Below are positions 28,881-40,876 of a DNA stretch of 43,871 bases, piece by piece. The DNA is from Eledone cirrhosa. Taxonomy: Eukaryota. The stretch's first letter is position 1. Each line of letters opens with the position of its first letter. The position numbers and the translations under genes were made by a program. The DNA lies in contig CAXHJY010001293.1 of assembly GCA_964016885.1 (NCBI GenBank), positions 1 through 43,871 of the forward strand, given 5' to 3'. The notes beneath the pieces are model-generated. The model saw only the letters and a program-made list of their open reading frames with translations, did not search any database and was not told the origin of the DNA.

Positions 28881-28944
28881 ATTTTGTCTGAAGAAGGCAT
28901 AACATATTGTTAATATGATATCCCTGAAATATATATAAGGAAAT
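28881..28944 (+). ncRNA. Type I hammerhead ribozyme, family E (inverted twin)
   Basis: Same motif; stem I has a G.G mismatch (AGGAAAT). Confidence 0.65.
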
Positions 28945-28990
28945 AAATATGGTTTTATAAATATAGTTTCCATTTATTTAATATCGTATA

Positions 28991-29030
<40 letters not shown>

Positions 29031-29058
29031 AACACACACACACACACACACATATATT

Positions 29059-29179
<121 letters not shown>

Positions 29180-29426
29180 TTATATATATATTACCATCAT
29201 GATTTAACTTCCGTTTTTCCTGCCGCAAAGCTTCGATCGGTGATCGCAGATCAAGTCAGCGCAGATCAAGTCAGAATTTTTGTTGAAATACATATATATA
29301 TATATATATATATATGGGTGTGTGTGAGTGTATACATACATATGTGTGTGTGTGTGTGTGTGTGTATACATATATATATATATATGTATGTGTACACATA
29401 TATATATGTGTGTGTGTATGTATACG

Positions 29427-29481
<55 letters not shown>

Positions 29482-29494
29482 ATATATCTGTGTT

Positions 29495-29532
<38 letters not shown>

Positions 29533-29533
<1 letters not shown>

Positions 29534-29767
29534 GTAGGTCCCGGGTTGAGTCGGGGATAACCACAGTAAGTAAGGTACTCAATACATGGCAGAGTAAAAT
29601 TTTTTTATTTTATAGAAGGACCTTCTACAGGACTAGTACTGTTTCATTCAGATGAAATCTTCAAGAAGCACCTTTTGATGAAATCTTCAGGAAGCACCTT
29701 TTGAGCTTCCTGAAGATTTCATCTGAATGAAACAGTACTAGTCCTGTAGAAGCTCCTTCTATAAAAT
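29533..29767. mobile_element. Family C head-to-head element with internal 26-bp duplication
   Basis: Arms ~29608-29670 and 29703-29767; duplication 29651-29702; TA flanks. Confidence 0.85.
29703..29755 (+). ncRNA. Type I hammerhead ribozyme, family C
   Basis: GAGCTTC CTGAAGA TTTCATCTGAAT GAAA CAG-TACTAGTC-CTG TA|GAAGCTC; perfect 7-bp stem I. Confidence 0.8.
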
Positions 29768-30052
29768 ATATATATATATATATATATAAACGGAAAAAAT
29801 GAAACGAAATTTCATTTCCCACTCTTAGTACGACTGTTACTTAAATATAAGTATGTATACGTACATACATATATGTATACAGACGTACAGTAGTATGTAT
29901 ATATATATATATATATACATACATGCACACATATATATATATGTACGTATGGATTCACCGAACATTTATTATAATTCTCGGTGTGTACATACTTATATAT
30001 ACTTATATACATATTTATACATGTACATACTTATACATACTTATATACATAC

Positions 30053-30124
<72 letters not shown>

Positions 30125-30128
<4 letters not shown>

Positions 30129-30199
30129 TGTGCGTGTTGTGGGTCCCAATCAGGGATAACCACAGTAAGTAAGGTACTCAATACATTAGTAGAGTGTAT

Positions 30200-30200
<1 letters not shown>
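30125..30200 (-). mobile_element. Family C 3' fragment
   Basis: GGGATAACCACAGTAAGTAAGGTACTCAATACAT identical to part of 29553-29586. Confidence 0.8.
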
Positions 30201-30244
<44 letters not shown>

Positions 30245-30246
<2 letters not shown>

Positions 30247-30436
30247 CGAAGGAAATGTGGTAAGGAACCAGGTGGACCATAACGCACCAAAGTACTCAAT
30301 ACTTGAGGTAGTAGAGTGGGTAATAGGAACCAGTAAGACCCCGACAGCTGAGCTCAAGCCGTTTCGACGGCTAATTCAGTCCAGAATTAGCCGTCGAAAC
30401 GGCTTGAGCTCAGCTGTCGGGGTCTTACTGGTTCCT
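30245..30436. mobile_element. Family A head-to-head copy
   Basis: Long minus arm, short plus arm, junction at AGTCCA. Confidence 0.88.
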
Positions 30437-30504
30437 ATATATATATATATATATATATATCCCTACGGCAATATATATATCCCTACAACATGATTTGCGG
30501 CACA

Positions 30505-30605
30505 ATTCTGAGTTCAAATCCCGTCGGAGTTAGCTTTGCCTTTCATCCTCGCGGGGACTATAAAATAAAGTACCCCTCTTGGTTTTGTGCTGAAATTAGA
30601 AACCA
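30505..30605 (+). mobile_element. S1 SINE fragment
   Basis: GAGTTCAAATCC, CTTTGCCTTTCATCC. Confidence 0.7.
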
Positions 30606-30756
30606 TTAATATTGGGTTTCTTACCTTGCCGCATAAGCTTAACCTTCGTGGTAAGATTGCCTGTAATAATATTTATATTCTACTTTCCTCAAGCATAGAG
30701 TTCGGAATTGAATAATGATCTTACTGGACTTGACTAATAACATCACATTCACACAC

Positions 30757-30796
<40 letters not shown>

Positions 30797-30806
30797 TAAT
30801 AATGAT

Positions 30807-31015
30807 GCGCACTGGGGACTATCTCCAAAAGTTTCCAGGGATGGTTAAAGAAAATCGGCCCCTTCACGCTTTTTGGAACGCTTCAAAAGGCATGCTTGCT
30901 TGGAACAGCAAGAGCCCTCCGATACGTCCTGAATATCTGAGGCTGCAGGTAGTGGCTTGATATTCAATCCAACGGACTTTCCAGTTAACCAACATCAATG
31001 ACTGAGATTCAAGGA
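30807..31015 (+). mobile_element. 5'-truncated R4/Dong-like non-LTR 3' end in (TAA)n
   Basis: 30809-30940 encodes ALGTISKSFQGWLKKIGPFTLFGTLQKACLLGTARALRYVLNI* (RLE C-terminus GALG..LQK..LLGTA..LR); (TAA)n on both sides. Confidence 0.75.
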
Positions 31016-31177
31016 ATAACAATAACAATAATAATGAAATTATTGCGTACAGTGCTCAGGTGCACTACAACTCATCATATATATATATATAAATATTTAC
31101 ACATATATATATATGTGCACACACACACACATATGTGCGTGTATGTGTATATGAATATACATATATATATATATACA

Positions 31178-31361
31178 TAACGATGGAAATGTGGTAAGGA
31201 ACCAGATGGACCATAACGCACAAAAGTACTCAATACTTAGGGTAGTAGAGTAGGTAATAGGAACGAGTAGGCTGAGCTCAAGCCGTTTCGACGGCTAATT
31301 TTAGTCCAGAATTAGCCGTCGAAACGGCTTGAGCTCAGCCGTCGGGGTCCTACTCGTTCCT
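31178..31361. mobile_element. Family A head-to-head copy (with internal deletion)
   Basis: AGGAACGAGTAGG...CCTACTCGTTCCT. Confidence 0.85.
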
Positions 31362-31486
31362 ATATATATACATATATATATACGTGTATATATACATACA
31401 CACGTATATATATATATATATATATATACGTATACATAACTATTTACATACACACACACATAAATGTGTGTGGCTATGCGTGTGTA

Positions 31487-31535
<49 letters not shown>

Positions 31536-31984
31536 CTATTTACATACATACACATATGTGTGTGGCTATGCGTGTGTATGTGTATGTATGTGTGTGTGTG
31601 CGTGTATATGTGTGTGTGTATATATATATATATATATGTGTGTGTGTATATATATATGTGTGTGTGTGTGTGTATGTATATGTGTGTGTATATATATTTC
31701 TGGTCTTGTGTCGATTTATACATTATATAGATCAAACAATATCCTATTAAACCCGAAACCACTCTAAGGCATACATCATTTCTGTCTCATCTGTGAAACA
31801 CGCAAATATTTGTTTGAAATAAGTAAAATTGAAATTTGCTGATCGTAATATCGTAAGTGTGCTCTGATTGCTTCTATATCAACCCAGTGTGAACGAGTCT
31901 ATTAGACTAGTTGTGTGTGTGTGTATGTATGTATCTAGGTATGTATATATGTAAGTATGTAGGTATGTAGGAGTGTATGTATGT

Positions 31985-33572
31985 TATCTCTTTCGCTTAA
32001 TTTCGAGTATATTTTTTTGACCGGCCACCTTCCTGGGAGCAAAGTTGTAAAAGAAAAGAAATTGTCATCCCTTGAATCGCAAGAATGTTTTGCAAATTTT
32101 GAAGGTGCCAGCTATCGGAGCAATCATAATTTAGGGAGCTGCGCTCTTTGTCCGCAAATCCAAGTTCAGTCATACTTTGGTCCAAGCGGGTTGGTATATA
32201 TCCCGTAGCTCCAATAATGGTGGGTATGAAGCTAAAGGTGTATCTTGGATACTGGATTTGTAAACTCCTCATCAATGGTCCATAGATGTCCTCCTTCTCC
32301 TGTATTTTTCTGACAACGTTTACATCAAGTGGGCAGCTGATATCCACAACAGAACACGTTTTCAATGTGTGGTCTCAAACAACAATATCAGGCCGGTTGT
32401 GCTTTAATTTGGTGGCAGTTTTTATTTTCAGGTTCCACCAGTATTCCTTAGTGCCATCTTTCTCAATATATTCTTCCTCGTTTGTTGTTAATTTTGTTTT
32501 CCGAAGTGCGTTCCAGATGGTTCTAGCTATCCCATTGTGTCTCATGGGGAGGTAGTAGCGAGATGACATTCTTTCGCAGCTGGCAACAATGTGGCTTACA
32601 TCCTCGATCTTTGTTTTACATAGCCTTCATTTATTGTCAGCTGCTGGCCCTCCCCTTTTGTGCAGAAGATATTTGGTAGGGAGTTCTTGTTCCTGTATTG
32701 CATAGAGATATCCCTCAAGGCGTGATGTCATAAACTTGTCGGAACTCCATGTCAGGCTTTTTGATTGGTTTATCCCCTCTATGGTCTGTGTTTTACGTCT
32801 CAAGTATCCATGCACAACTTTTTCTGTAAATTGGTCAATTTTTTCATCTTGTTTGAACATTGATTAGGATCTTCCGATTTCTCTGGGTGAGAGATTTATA
32901 TCAGGCTTTATTCCATATCTCTCCTCCAGATCAGTCGCTATTCTAATGATATTTTTTTTTTCATGCTCATAAACCTGGGCAAGATGGTTGCCAACCTTTT
33001 TCCTCTGTTGAAGGCGTTGCTTCAGTGTTACTATCCGGGTCTCATATGTTGTTAATATGGATGTTAGACCCCGGCCACCTTCCTTGCGTGAGAAGTATAG
33101 CCTATCCACATCACCATTGATGTTAAAGTTCCCAGTAACACTGAGAAGTTTGCGAGTTCTAACATCCATCTCACTTAGTTCTTGCAATGACCAGTTCAGC
33201 AGGCCAAATGTTGGCGTTAGAATTGGCACAGCATAAGTATTGTGGGCAATGTATTTGTTGTACGCTGACAGTTCTGATGACCATATTTTCTATACTCTTC
33301 TGAGGTATTCAGTTCTGGTTCTCTCCTTATTTATGGGTCCATCATATCTGACATTCTCATCCTGTCCAAGATATCTGTAGTTGTCACCTGACTGTAGAGG
33401 TTGTATTGTCAGGCCGTTCATCTCTAGATTTCTAGAGGAGGTCACAGCTCTTCCACGTTTTCCTGCCAAATATGCACACTTGGACTCACCAAATTTCATT
33501 TTGATGTCTGTTGAAAATTGTGTAATGAGGTCCAATTGTTTCTTGATGTCATTGATATTTGGCCCATAAAAT
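31985..33572 (-). mobile_element. 5'-truncated R4/Dong-like RLE non-LTR retrotransposon, pseudogenised
   Basis: RT C-terminal motifs ([31 protein letters not shown]), AIQEQEL, CCHC knuckle (first C is a stop; RLCKTKIEDVSHIVASC), RHN, RPDIV..D.SCP..EKEDIY, IIGATG, GTFKICKTFL; stops and frameshifts; 3' tail (ACAT)n. Confidence 0.9.
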
Positions 33573-33602
33573 GTGTGCTGTATATATATATATATATGTA
33601 TG

Positions 33603-33651
<49 letters not shown>

Positions 33652-33652
33652 G

Positions 33653-33698
<46 letters not shown>

Positions 33699-33703
33699 TA
33701 TGT

Positions 33704-33838
33704 TAGAAATAGCCGTCGAAACGGCTTGAGCTCTGTCGTCGGGTCATACTTTTTCCTATTTCCCACTCTACTACCCTAAGTATTGAGTACTCTGATGCGT
33801 TATGGTCCATCTGGTTCCTTGCCACAATTCCTTTGTTA
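33704..33838 (+). mobile_element. Family A short element
   Basis: Near-identical to 10685-10818. Confidence 0.85.
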
Positions 33839-34127
33839 CATATATATATATAACAATTTCAAATGGGGAAAATGTTGTGTGTCTGTGTGTGTGTTTGTGT
33901 ATGTTAAGATATATCTATATTTCTATGTACTTTATATGTTTTGTGTGTTTGTCTTTGAGAAAGAGAAAAACAGAGAATTTAATACCGACAGTTTGTAATT
34001 AAAGTAATCTGTAACTCCTTTTGTGTATATACTTGGCCACCTTTTTGTCACATACAGCTGCTGGAAATATCATACCGCCTGAACAACAAACAAGAAAAAA
34101 TTAAAAATATTAACTACAACAATAATA

Positions 34128-35590
34128 ATTATTTCTACTTTTGGAACAAGGCCAGCAATTATCCCAGTGCATTACTGGTACTTTATTTTATCGACCCCGT
34201 AAGGATAAAAAGGCAAAAATTAACCTCGGCGGGATTTGAACTCAGACCATAAAGGGGCGTAACTCTATGCTGCAACGCATGGCGTCCGACTCTCTCCCGG
34301 TACTGCAAATCCACCGAACTACAATATTAATAATTGTTTCTACTTTAGGCACAAGGCCAGCAATTACCCAGTACATTACTGGTACTTTATTTTATCGACC
34401 CCGTAAGGATGAAAGGCAAAGTCAACCTCAGCGGGATTTGAACTCAGATCGTAAAGGGACGTAACTATGCTGGAAAGCATGGCGTCCGACCCTCTACCGA
34501 TACTGCCAATCCACCGCCCTTAATAATGGTTTCTGATAGGCACAAGGCCAGCAATGTTTGAAAGAGAGAGGGGAAAGTCGATTACATCAACCTCAGTGTA
34601 TTACTGGTACTTTATTTTATTGACTCTGTAAAGATGAAAGACAAAGTCAACCACGGCGTGATTTGAGCTCAGACCGTAAAGGACCGTCTAATTTAAGCAC
34701 AAGGCCAACAATTTTGAGAAGGAGCGAAAAGTCGATTACATCAACCCCATTGTGCTACTGGTACTTTATTTTATCGAAGAGTAAAGCTAACCACGGCGTG
34801 ATTTGAACAAAGAACGTAAAGAACCATAAACTCTATGCTGCAAAGCTTGGTGTCCGACGCTCTACTGATTCTGCCAGTCAACTGCCCTAAACTTTAATTT
34901 TTTATACTTCTGGCACAAGGCCAGCAATTATTCCAGTGTATTACTGGTACTTTATTTTATGGACCCTGTAAGGATGAAAGGTAAAGCTAAACTCGGCGGG
35001 ATTTGAACTCAGAACGTAACGGAACGTGACTATATGACGCAAAGTATGTTGTCCGACGCTCTACCGATTCTGCCAATCAACTGCCCTAAACTATAATGCT
35101 TTCTAATTTAGGCACAAGGCCAACAATTTTGGGAGCGGGGTAATGTCGATTACATCAACCCCAGTGTGTGTTACTGGTACTTTATTTTATTAACCATGTA
35201 AGGATGAAAGGTAAAGTTAACCTCGGTGGGATTCGAACTCAGAACGTAGAGGGACATGACTATATGACGCAAAGTATATTGTCCGACTCTTTACCGATAT
35301 TTCTAATCTACCGCCATTACAACACTAATAATTGTTTCTACTTTTGGCACAAGGCCAGCAATTATCCCAGTACATTACTGGTACTTTATTTTATCGACCC
35401 CATAAGGCTATCATTGGGGGCAGGATAGTTGATTATATCGACTGCGGTATGAGAATGAAAGTCAACTTAATTTTGGCGAGATTTGAGCTCAGAAGGAAAA
35501 GAGTCGGGAAAAGTACTTTCCAATCTGAGTTCCAATTCTGACAACAATATTCATGGTTTCTAATTTAAGCATAAGGTCAGCAATTTGGTA
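34128..35590 (-). mobile_element. Tandem cluster of ~7 S1 SINE copies
   Basis: Repeated GGCACAAGGCCAGCAATT...TACTGGTACTTTATTTTATCGAC...GATTTGAACTCAGA. Confidence 0.9.
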
Positions 35591-36275
35591 GATTTACAGA
35601 CGGTGCATGGATGTGTTCCAATGTGAATCTTGACATTCTGCCGTCTAAGATCCCAAATGTGACCACAGCGTGCGAAGAATCACAACTGAGGGTGACAGGG
35701 TGGGTGACTATAGAAATTGTAACAACAGTAGAAGTGCACCAGTCTGGCCTCTGCCCGTCGGGAGCATTGTTGCGACAATTAATTTTCTTTAAACATCAAA
35801 AAACATTATACATGACGAGAAAAAGAACATTACGAGAAATCCCATACGTTAAATAATAAATAGGATGGGTTGGGGTCTCAATATTTAAACTAACAGACTA
35901 ATTCTAGTTTCTAAACAGATCAAGGGAGACAACCTAGAAAAATTACCGATTTTACACCAACTCAACCACCCCATCTGCTTATTCAACTGCATCACCACCA
36001 CCACCACCCCTCCTATTATTTGGGACCCGAGAGTACGTGGAACTATTAATATATTCACATACGTATATTTAGGGGGTTAATTCTGAAATATACATAAAAA
36101 AATATACATAAATGTGTATGAAAGAGAGGGGGGAGAGAGAAAGATAAAGCGAACGAGAGAGAGAGAGAGTGAGAGAGACTTAAATCACGAGAAAGATCAT
36201 TCAAGAAGCCCACAGCAGTTATATAGTAATACCACTGTTGATTTAACATTCGATTTCAATTTGAAAGTATCGCAT

Positions 36276-36295
36276 CATCATTATCATTACTATTA

Positions 36296-36330
<35 letters not shown>

Positions 36331-36595
36331 GTTATTCCACTTAGCATTGTTGCGTATTTGGGGATTTTTCTTTTTTTTTCTGTTTTGTTTTTCAGAAGTT
36401 GAAAAATACTCCGTAATGGAAAATATACTACCAACAACAACAGCGACAAACACACAGCGCGAATACATGGACACACACACGCATGCAAACATACACACAC
36501 ACACACACACACATACACACATACACACACACAACAAAAATATTCAAATACACAAATCGTATAATAACTGAAATAAATGAGGATATATATACATA

Positions 36596-36653
<58 letters not shown>

Positions 36654-36689
36654 ATAAATATATATGTATATATATATATATATAAAATA

Positions 36690-36738
<49 letters not shown>

Positions 36739-36788
36739 ATAAATATATATGTATAAATATATAAAATATATATATGTGTGTGTGTGTG

Positions 36789-36845
<57 letters not shown>

Positions 36846-37299
36846 GATATACACGTAGATATATATAGAGATGTATGTATAAGTGTATACACAAAATATA
36901 TAATGTATGCTTGTATGTAGGTATGTATGTTTCTATGTATACGCAGCACGATATAAAATATACTTTAGTGTATTTAACTTTATTTGGAAAGCAAAGCACC
37001 GTCCATTAGTAGATATATATATGGATGAAAATTGTATTGTAAAGCGCATTTAGCTGCAAGCTCTAACACACGGATAGACTTCGCTCACGCATGCGTACAA
37101 CGGTACACATATGCATGCTATCACATACGTATAAACATACATAAGCATACACGTACATACGCACGTATGTGTTATATGTGTATGTATGCGTATGCGCACA
37201 TAAGTATGTGTGCATATGCATAGAGCACTGTGTAAATAAATATGTGTACATACGTATATATAAATGAATATATATATATATATATACACGTACATGCAT

Positions 37300-37339
<40 letters not shown>

Positions 37340-37340
37340 G

Positions 37341-37371
<31 letters not shown>

Positions 37372-37381
37372 ATGCACAGAC

Positions 37382-37431
<50 letters not shown>

Positions 37432-37434
37432 ATA

Positions 37435-37473
<39 letters not shown>

Positions 37474-37488
37474 ATATATATGTGTATA

Positions 37489-37549
<61 letters not shown>

Positions 37550-37640
37550 AAGTTTTCGCTCTACATGGCTGAATACAATAAATGTAATCTGAGTTTTTCG
37601 AATATATATATACATATATATATATACATATATGACTGTA

Positions 37641-37696
<56 letters not shown>

Positions 37697-37700
37697 CATA
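36276..37700. repeat. Compound microsatellite zone (ATT, CA, TA, TG)
   Basis: Direct reading. Confidence 0.85.
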
Positions 37701-37862
37701 TATAGCAGTTATAGATTGACAGGGGCACTGAAGGAAAGGAAATCGTATTGATTTCAGAGAGAATCAAATGTACTGTAGATTCTCTTATATTTTTGAAGTT
37801 AGTCTTTCTTTTTCGTATATTCCTACATACCAACTCCTCTCTCTTTCTTCTCATCACCCTTA

Positions 37863-37886
37863 CCCCCCCCCCCCTCCTACTCCTAC

Positions 37887-37932
<46 letters not shown>

Positions 37933-38053
37933 CTCCAGGTCCTCGCTGAAATGTACATTTTTCTATCTGATTCTATTTTTATTTCTAATGCATGGAAAAA
38001 AATATTCTGAGCAAAAGAAAATATTCTGGAAATTGTCTTTTAAATCTGTCTTT

Positions 38054-38129
<76 letters not shown>
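37863..38129. repeat. Poly-C, (CA)n and (TG)n tracts
   Basis: Direct reading. Confidence 0.9.
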
Positions 38130-38130
<1 letters not shown>

Positions 38131-38460
38131 ATGAGTATCCTTTTCTGTTGCTTGCGTTTTATTTATTATTTACAACTTTTAAAACTGTTATTGTTATCAT
38201 TGTTGTTGTGTGGGTTTGTTTTGTTTGTTTTAGTTGTTCCTGTCGCTCTTTCTTTTTTTTTATTCTAACTCGTTTTTCATTTTACTTTATCTGATCCGAT
38301 GAAAGATATCGGACATTAACCCTTTTGATAGTAATCCGCCACAAATCATCTCTTCCGATATAAATTAAAACCTCTTAACATAATTTAATATAAGCACTTT
38401 TTTTTAATAGATTCAGCCTGATTGTAAATTCAACCTTGCATAGTTTATTTGAATCATTGT

Positions 38461-38502
<42 letters not shown>

Positions 38503-38505
<3 letters not shown>

Positions 38506-38688
38506 AAAATGTTCAAAACCCCGACGGCAGAAATCAAGCCGTTTCTAGTCCAGAAATAGCCGTCGAAACGGCTTGAGCTCTGCCGTCGGGGTCTTGAACA
38601 TTTTCCTATTACCCACTGTACTACCCTAAGGATTGAATACTCTGGTGCGTTATGGTCCAACTGGTTCCTTACCACACTTCCTTCGTTA
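38503..38688. mobile_element. Family A head-to-head copy
   Basis: AGGAAAATGTTCAA...TTGAACATTTTCCT, long plus arm. Confidence 0.85.
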
Positions 38689-38897
38689 TATATATATATG
38701 ATTGTTTTCGAAAAGACGGTATAACTCAAGTTAAAAATAAGGGGGGTGAAAACTAAAGTAAAGTGGGTCAAAATAAAAGAATTCAATAATTTATATTTTT
38801 ATCTTATATTTCATGACTTTCGAGATTAGGATCCCCTTCTCAGAAGAACAAAAGTTAGTTTGTCTCCAATAATTTGAATAGCTTCAACCTGATAGTA

Positions 38898-39063
38898 AAT
38901 TTAGTCTGGCTCAAATTTGATGAGAGCACAATAGTATAATTTAGTCTGGCTCAAATTTGATGAGAGCACAATAGTATAATTTAGTCTGGCTCAAATTTGA
39001 TGAGAGCACAATAGTATAATTTAGTCTGGCTCAAATTTGATGAGAGCACAATAGTATAATTTA
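38898..39063. repeat. 4 identical 40-bp tandem repeats
   Basis: TTAGTCTGGCTCAAATTTGATGAGAGCACAATAGTATAAT at 38901, 38941, 38981, 39021. Confidence 0.97.
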
Positions 39064-39116
39064 TAAGAAAAATTCTGAAATATGTGGGTAGAATTGTTTT
39101 AGATAAGACAGTATAA

Positions 39117-39289
39117 TTGTTTCTACTTTTGGCACAAGACCAGTAATTACCCAGTGGATTACTGGTACTTTATTTTATCGACCCCGTAAGGATGAAAGGC
39201 AAAGTTAACAATAAATAGCTTGACAAATTGAACATTGTGGTAGGCAAAATCTAACACACAATACCAAAGTAACGAAAGAACTAACAGGT

Positions 39290-39347
<58 letters not shown>

Positions 39348-39530
39348 GTATATATGTATGTATATATATATATGTGTATATATATATGTATATATATATG
39401 TATACATATATAGACATACATATATATATATATATATATATACACATACATATATATATATATATCCCCGTAAGGATATAGTTAAAGTTAACCTCGGCAG
39501 GATTTGAACTCAGAATGGCAAGGGCTGTAA
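39117..39530 (-). mobile_element. S1 SINE pieces separated by insert/microsatellite
   Basis: CCCCGTAAGGAT at 39182 and 39466. Confidence 0.65.
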
Positions 39531-39984
39531 CTTGCCCTTCTGAGTTCATATCCCGCCTAGGTAAGACAGTATAATGCAAGTAAGAACTAAGGGAGGGAAA
39601 ATTAGAGTAAAGTAAATCTCCTAGTGGTGAATCGACTGCTGGGGAGGGGGCTGTTAGAAGGGGCTATTGGTGGTGGCGATGACGAACTGAATTATAATAT
39701 TTTTTTATAATTCAGTTCAATTCTGTTCAATTTGATTTCAAGTAATTACAGTTAATACATTACTGGTATTTATTTAATTTATTTCCGACGCTGACGAAAT
39801 TATGAGTATTAAATTACTTACAAGTGTTCTCTAAATAAAGTGAAATTAAACCGAGGTCAGCAATTAAATTAGTAATTATCAATCGAAAGTAATTATATAA
39901 GTAGGTATCAATATAATAGATTTCCTCTTCGTCAGAAAATACTCGGAAATTTAATTTGACGAAATCACTCGCATTATAATTTCT

Positions 39985-40160
39985 CGGTGGATTGGCATAT
40001 CGGTAGAGAGGGTCGGACACCATGCTTTGCAGCATAGAGTTACGCACCTTATGGTCTAAGTTCAAATCCCGCTGAGGTTAACTTTGCCTTTCATCCTTAC
40101 GGGGTCGATGAAATAAAGTGCCACTGGGATAACTGCTGGCCTTGTGCCAAACGTAGAAAC
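39985..40160 (+). mobile_element. S1 SINE
   Basis: GGTGGATTGGCA head, GTTCAAATCC, core. Confidence 0.88.
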
Positions 40161-40822
40161 AATTATAATTTCTCTTAAATTTTTACTAAATCAATCCGCC
40201 ATTGCATTTGTTGTTTTTGTTTCCACTAAAACTGTTGGATGATAAATCTTCTTGAAAATTCTCCAGTTTATTTATTGTTATTATCATTCTTTTATGTACA
40301 CTTATTTCATTTTATTTTATTTTTTTATTATTATTATTATTTTTTTATTTTTTTATTTATAATATTTTCATCTCATTCATTTCATTTTTTTTTTTTTTTT
40401 TTCGAAACTTTATTACAAACTAATCTAATGAAAAATAGAATTAGAAACGTGGTCAATTTTCAGTTTAAATAATTGAAAAACAAAACGGAAATAAATCCGA
40501 AGCCATTTCCTATAATATCCTCTTATCTATTTAGAAGTCAATTAATGGACACATTATTAACTCATTCGTAGAGGCAGCCATTTCACCGAAGGCTGATCAA
40601 AGAAGCGAAACAATTTACAAGTTCACTTATTCAAAAGTCTAGGTTTCATTCATAAGAAGTTCTTGTATTATTCACAGCTTGAGGCGAGGCTGTTTCTTCT
40701 CAAATAGAAAAATCTCAACAACATAAACAAGATTTTCTCAACTTTATATTTGGTTTTATATTTGTGTGTGTATGAGGCTATGTGTTTTTGTGCAAGCATG
40801 TGCATTCGTGTATATAGATAGA

Positions 40823-40876
<54 letters not shown>

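Larger units (their letters stand above)
28591..28988. mobile_element. Family E head-to-head element
   Basis: Arms 28681-28804 and 28865-28988; long arm extends to 28591 and recurs at 43791; TA both sides. Confidence 0.85.

Noticed and set aside
30330-30436. Rho-independent terminator or REP-like hairpins
   Set aside because: Eukaryotic context; explained by family A inversion.
33573-33766. N-terminus of ORF 33290-33766
   Set aside because: Read-through of family A and microsatellite; RT similarity begins only at ~33572.
38317-38460. TTAACCC piggyBac-like end
   Set aside because: No matching second terminus identified.
38901-39060. CRISPR-like appearance
   Set aside because: No spacers; contiguous tandem units in eukaryotic DNA.
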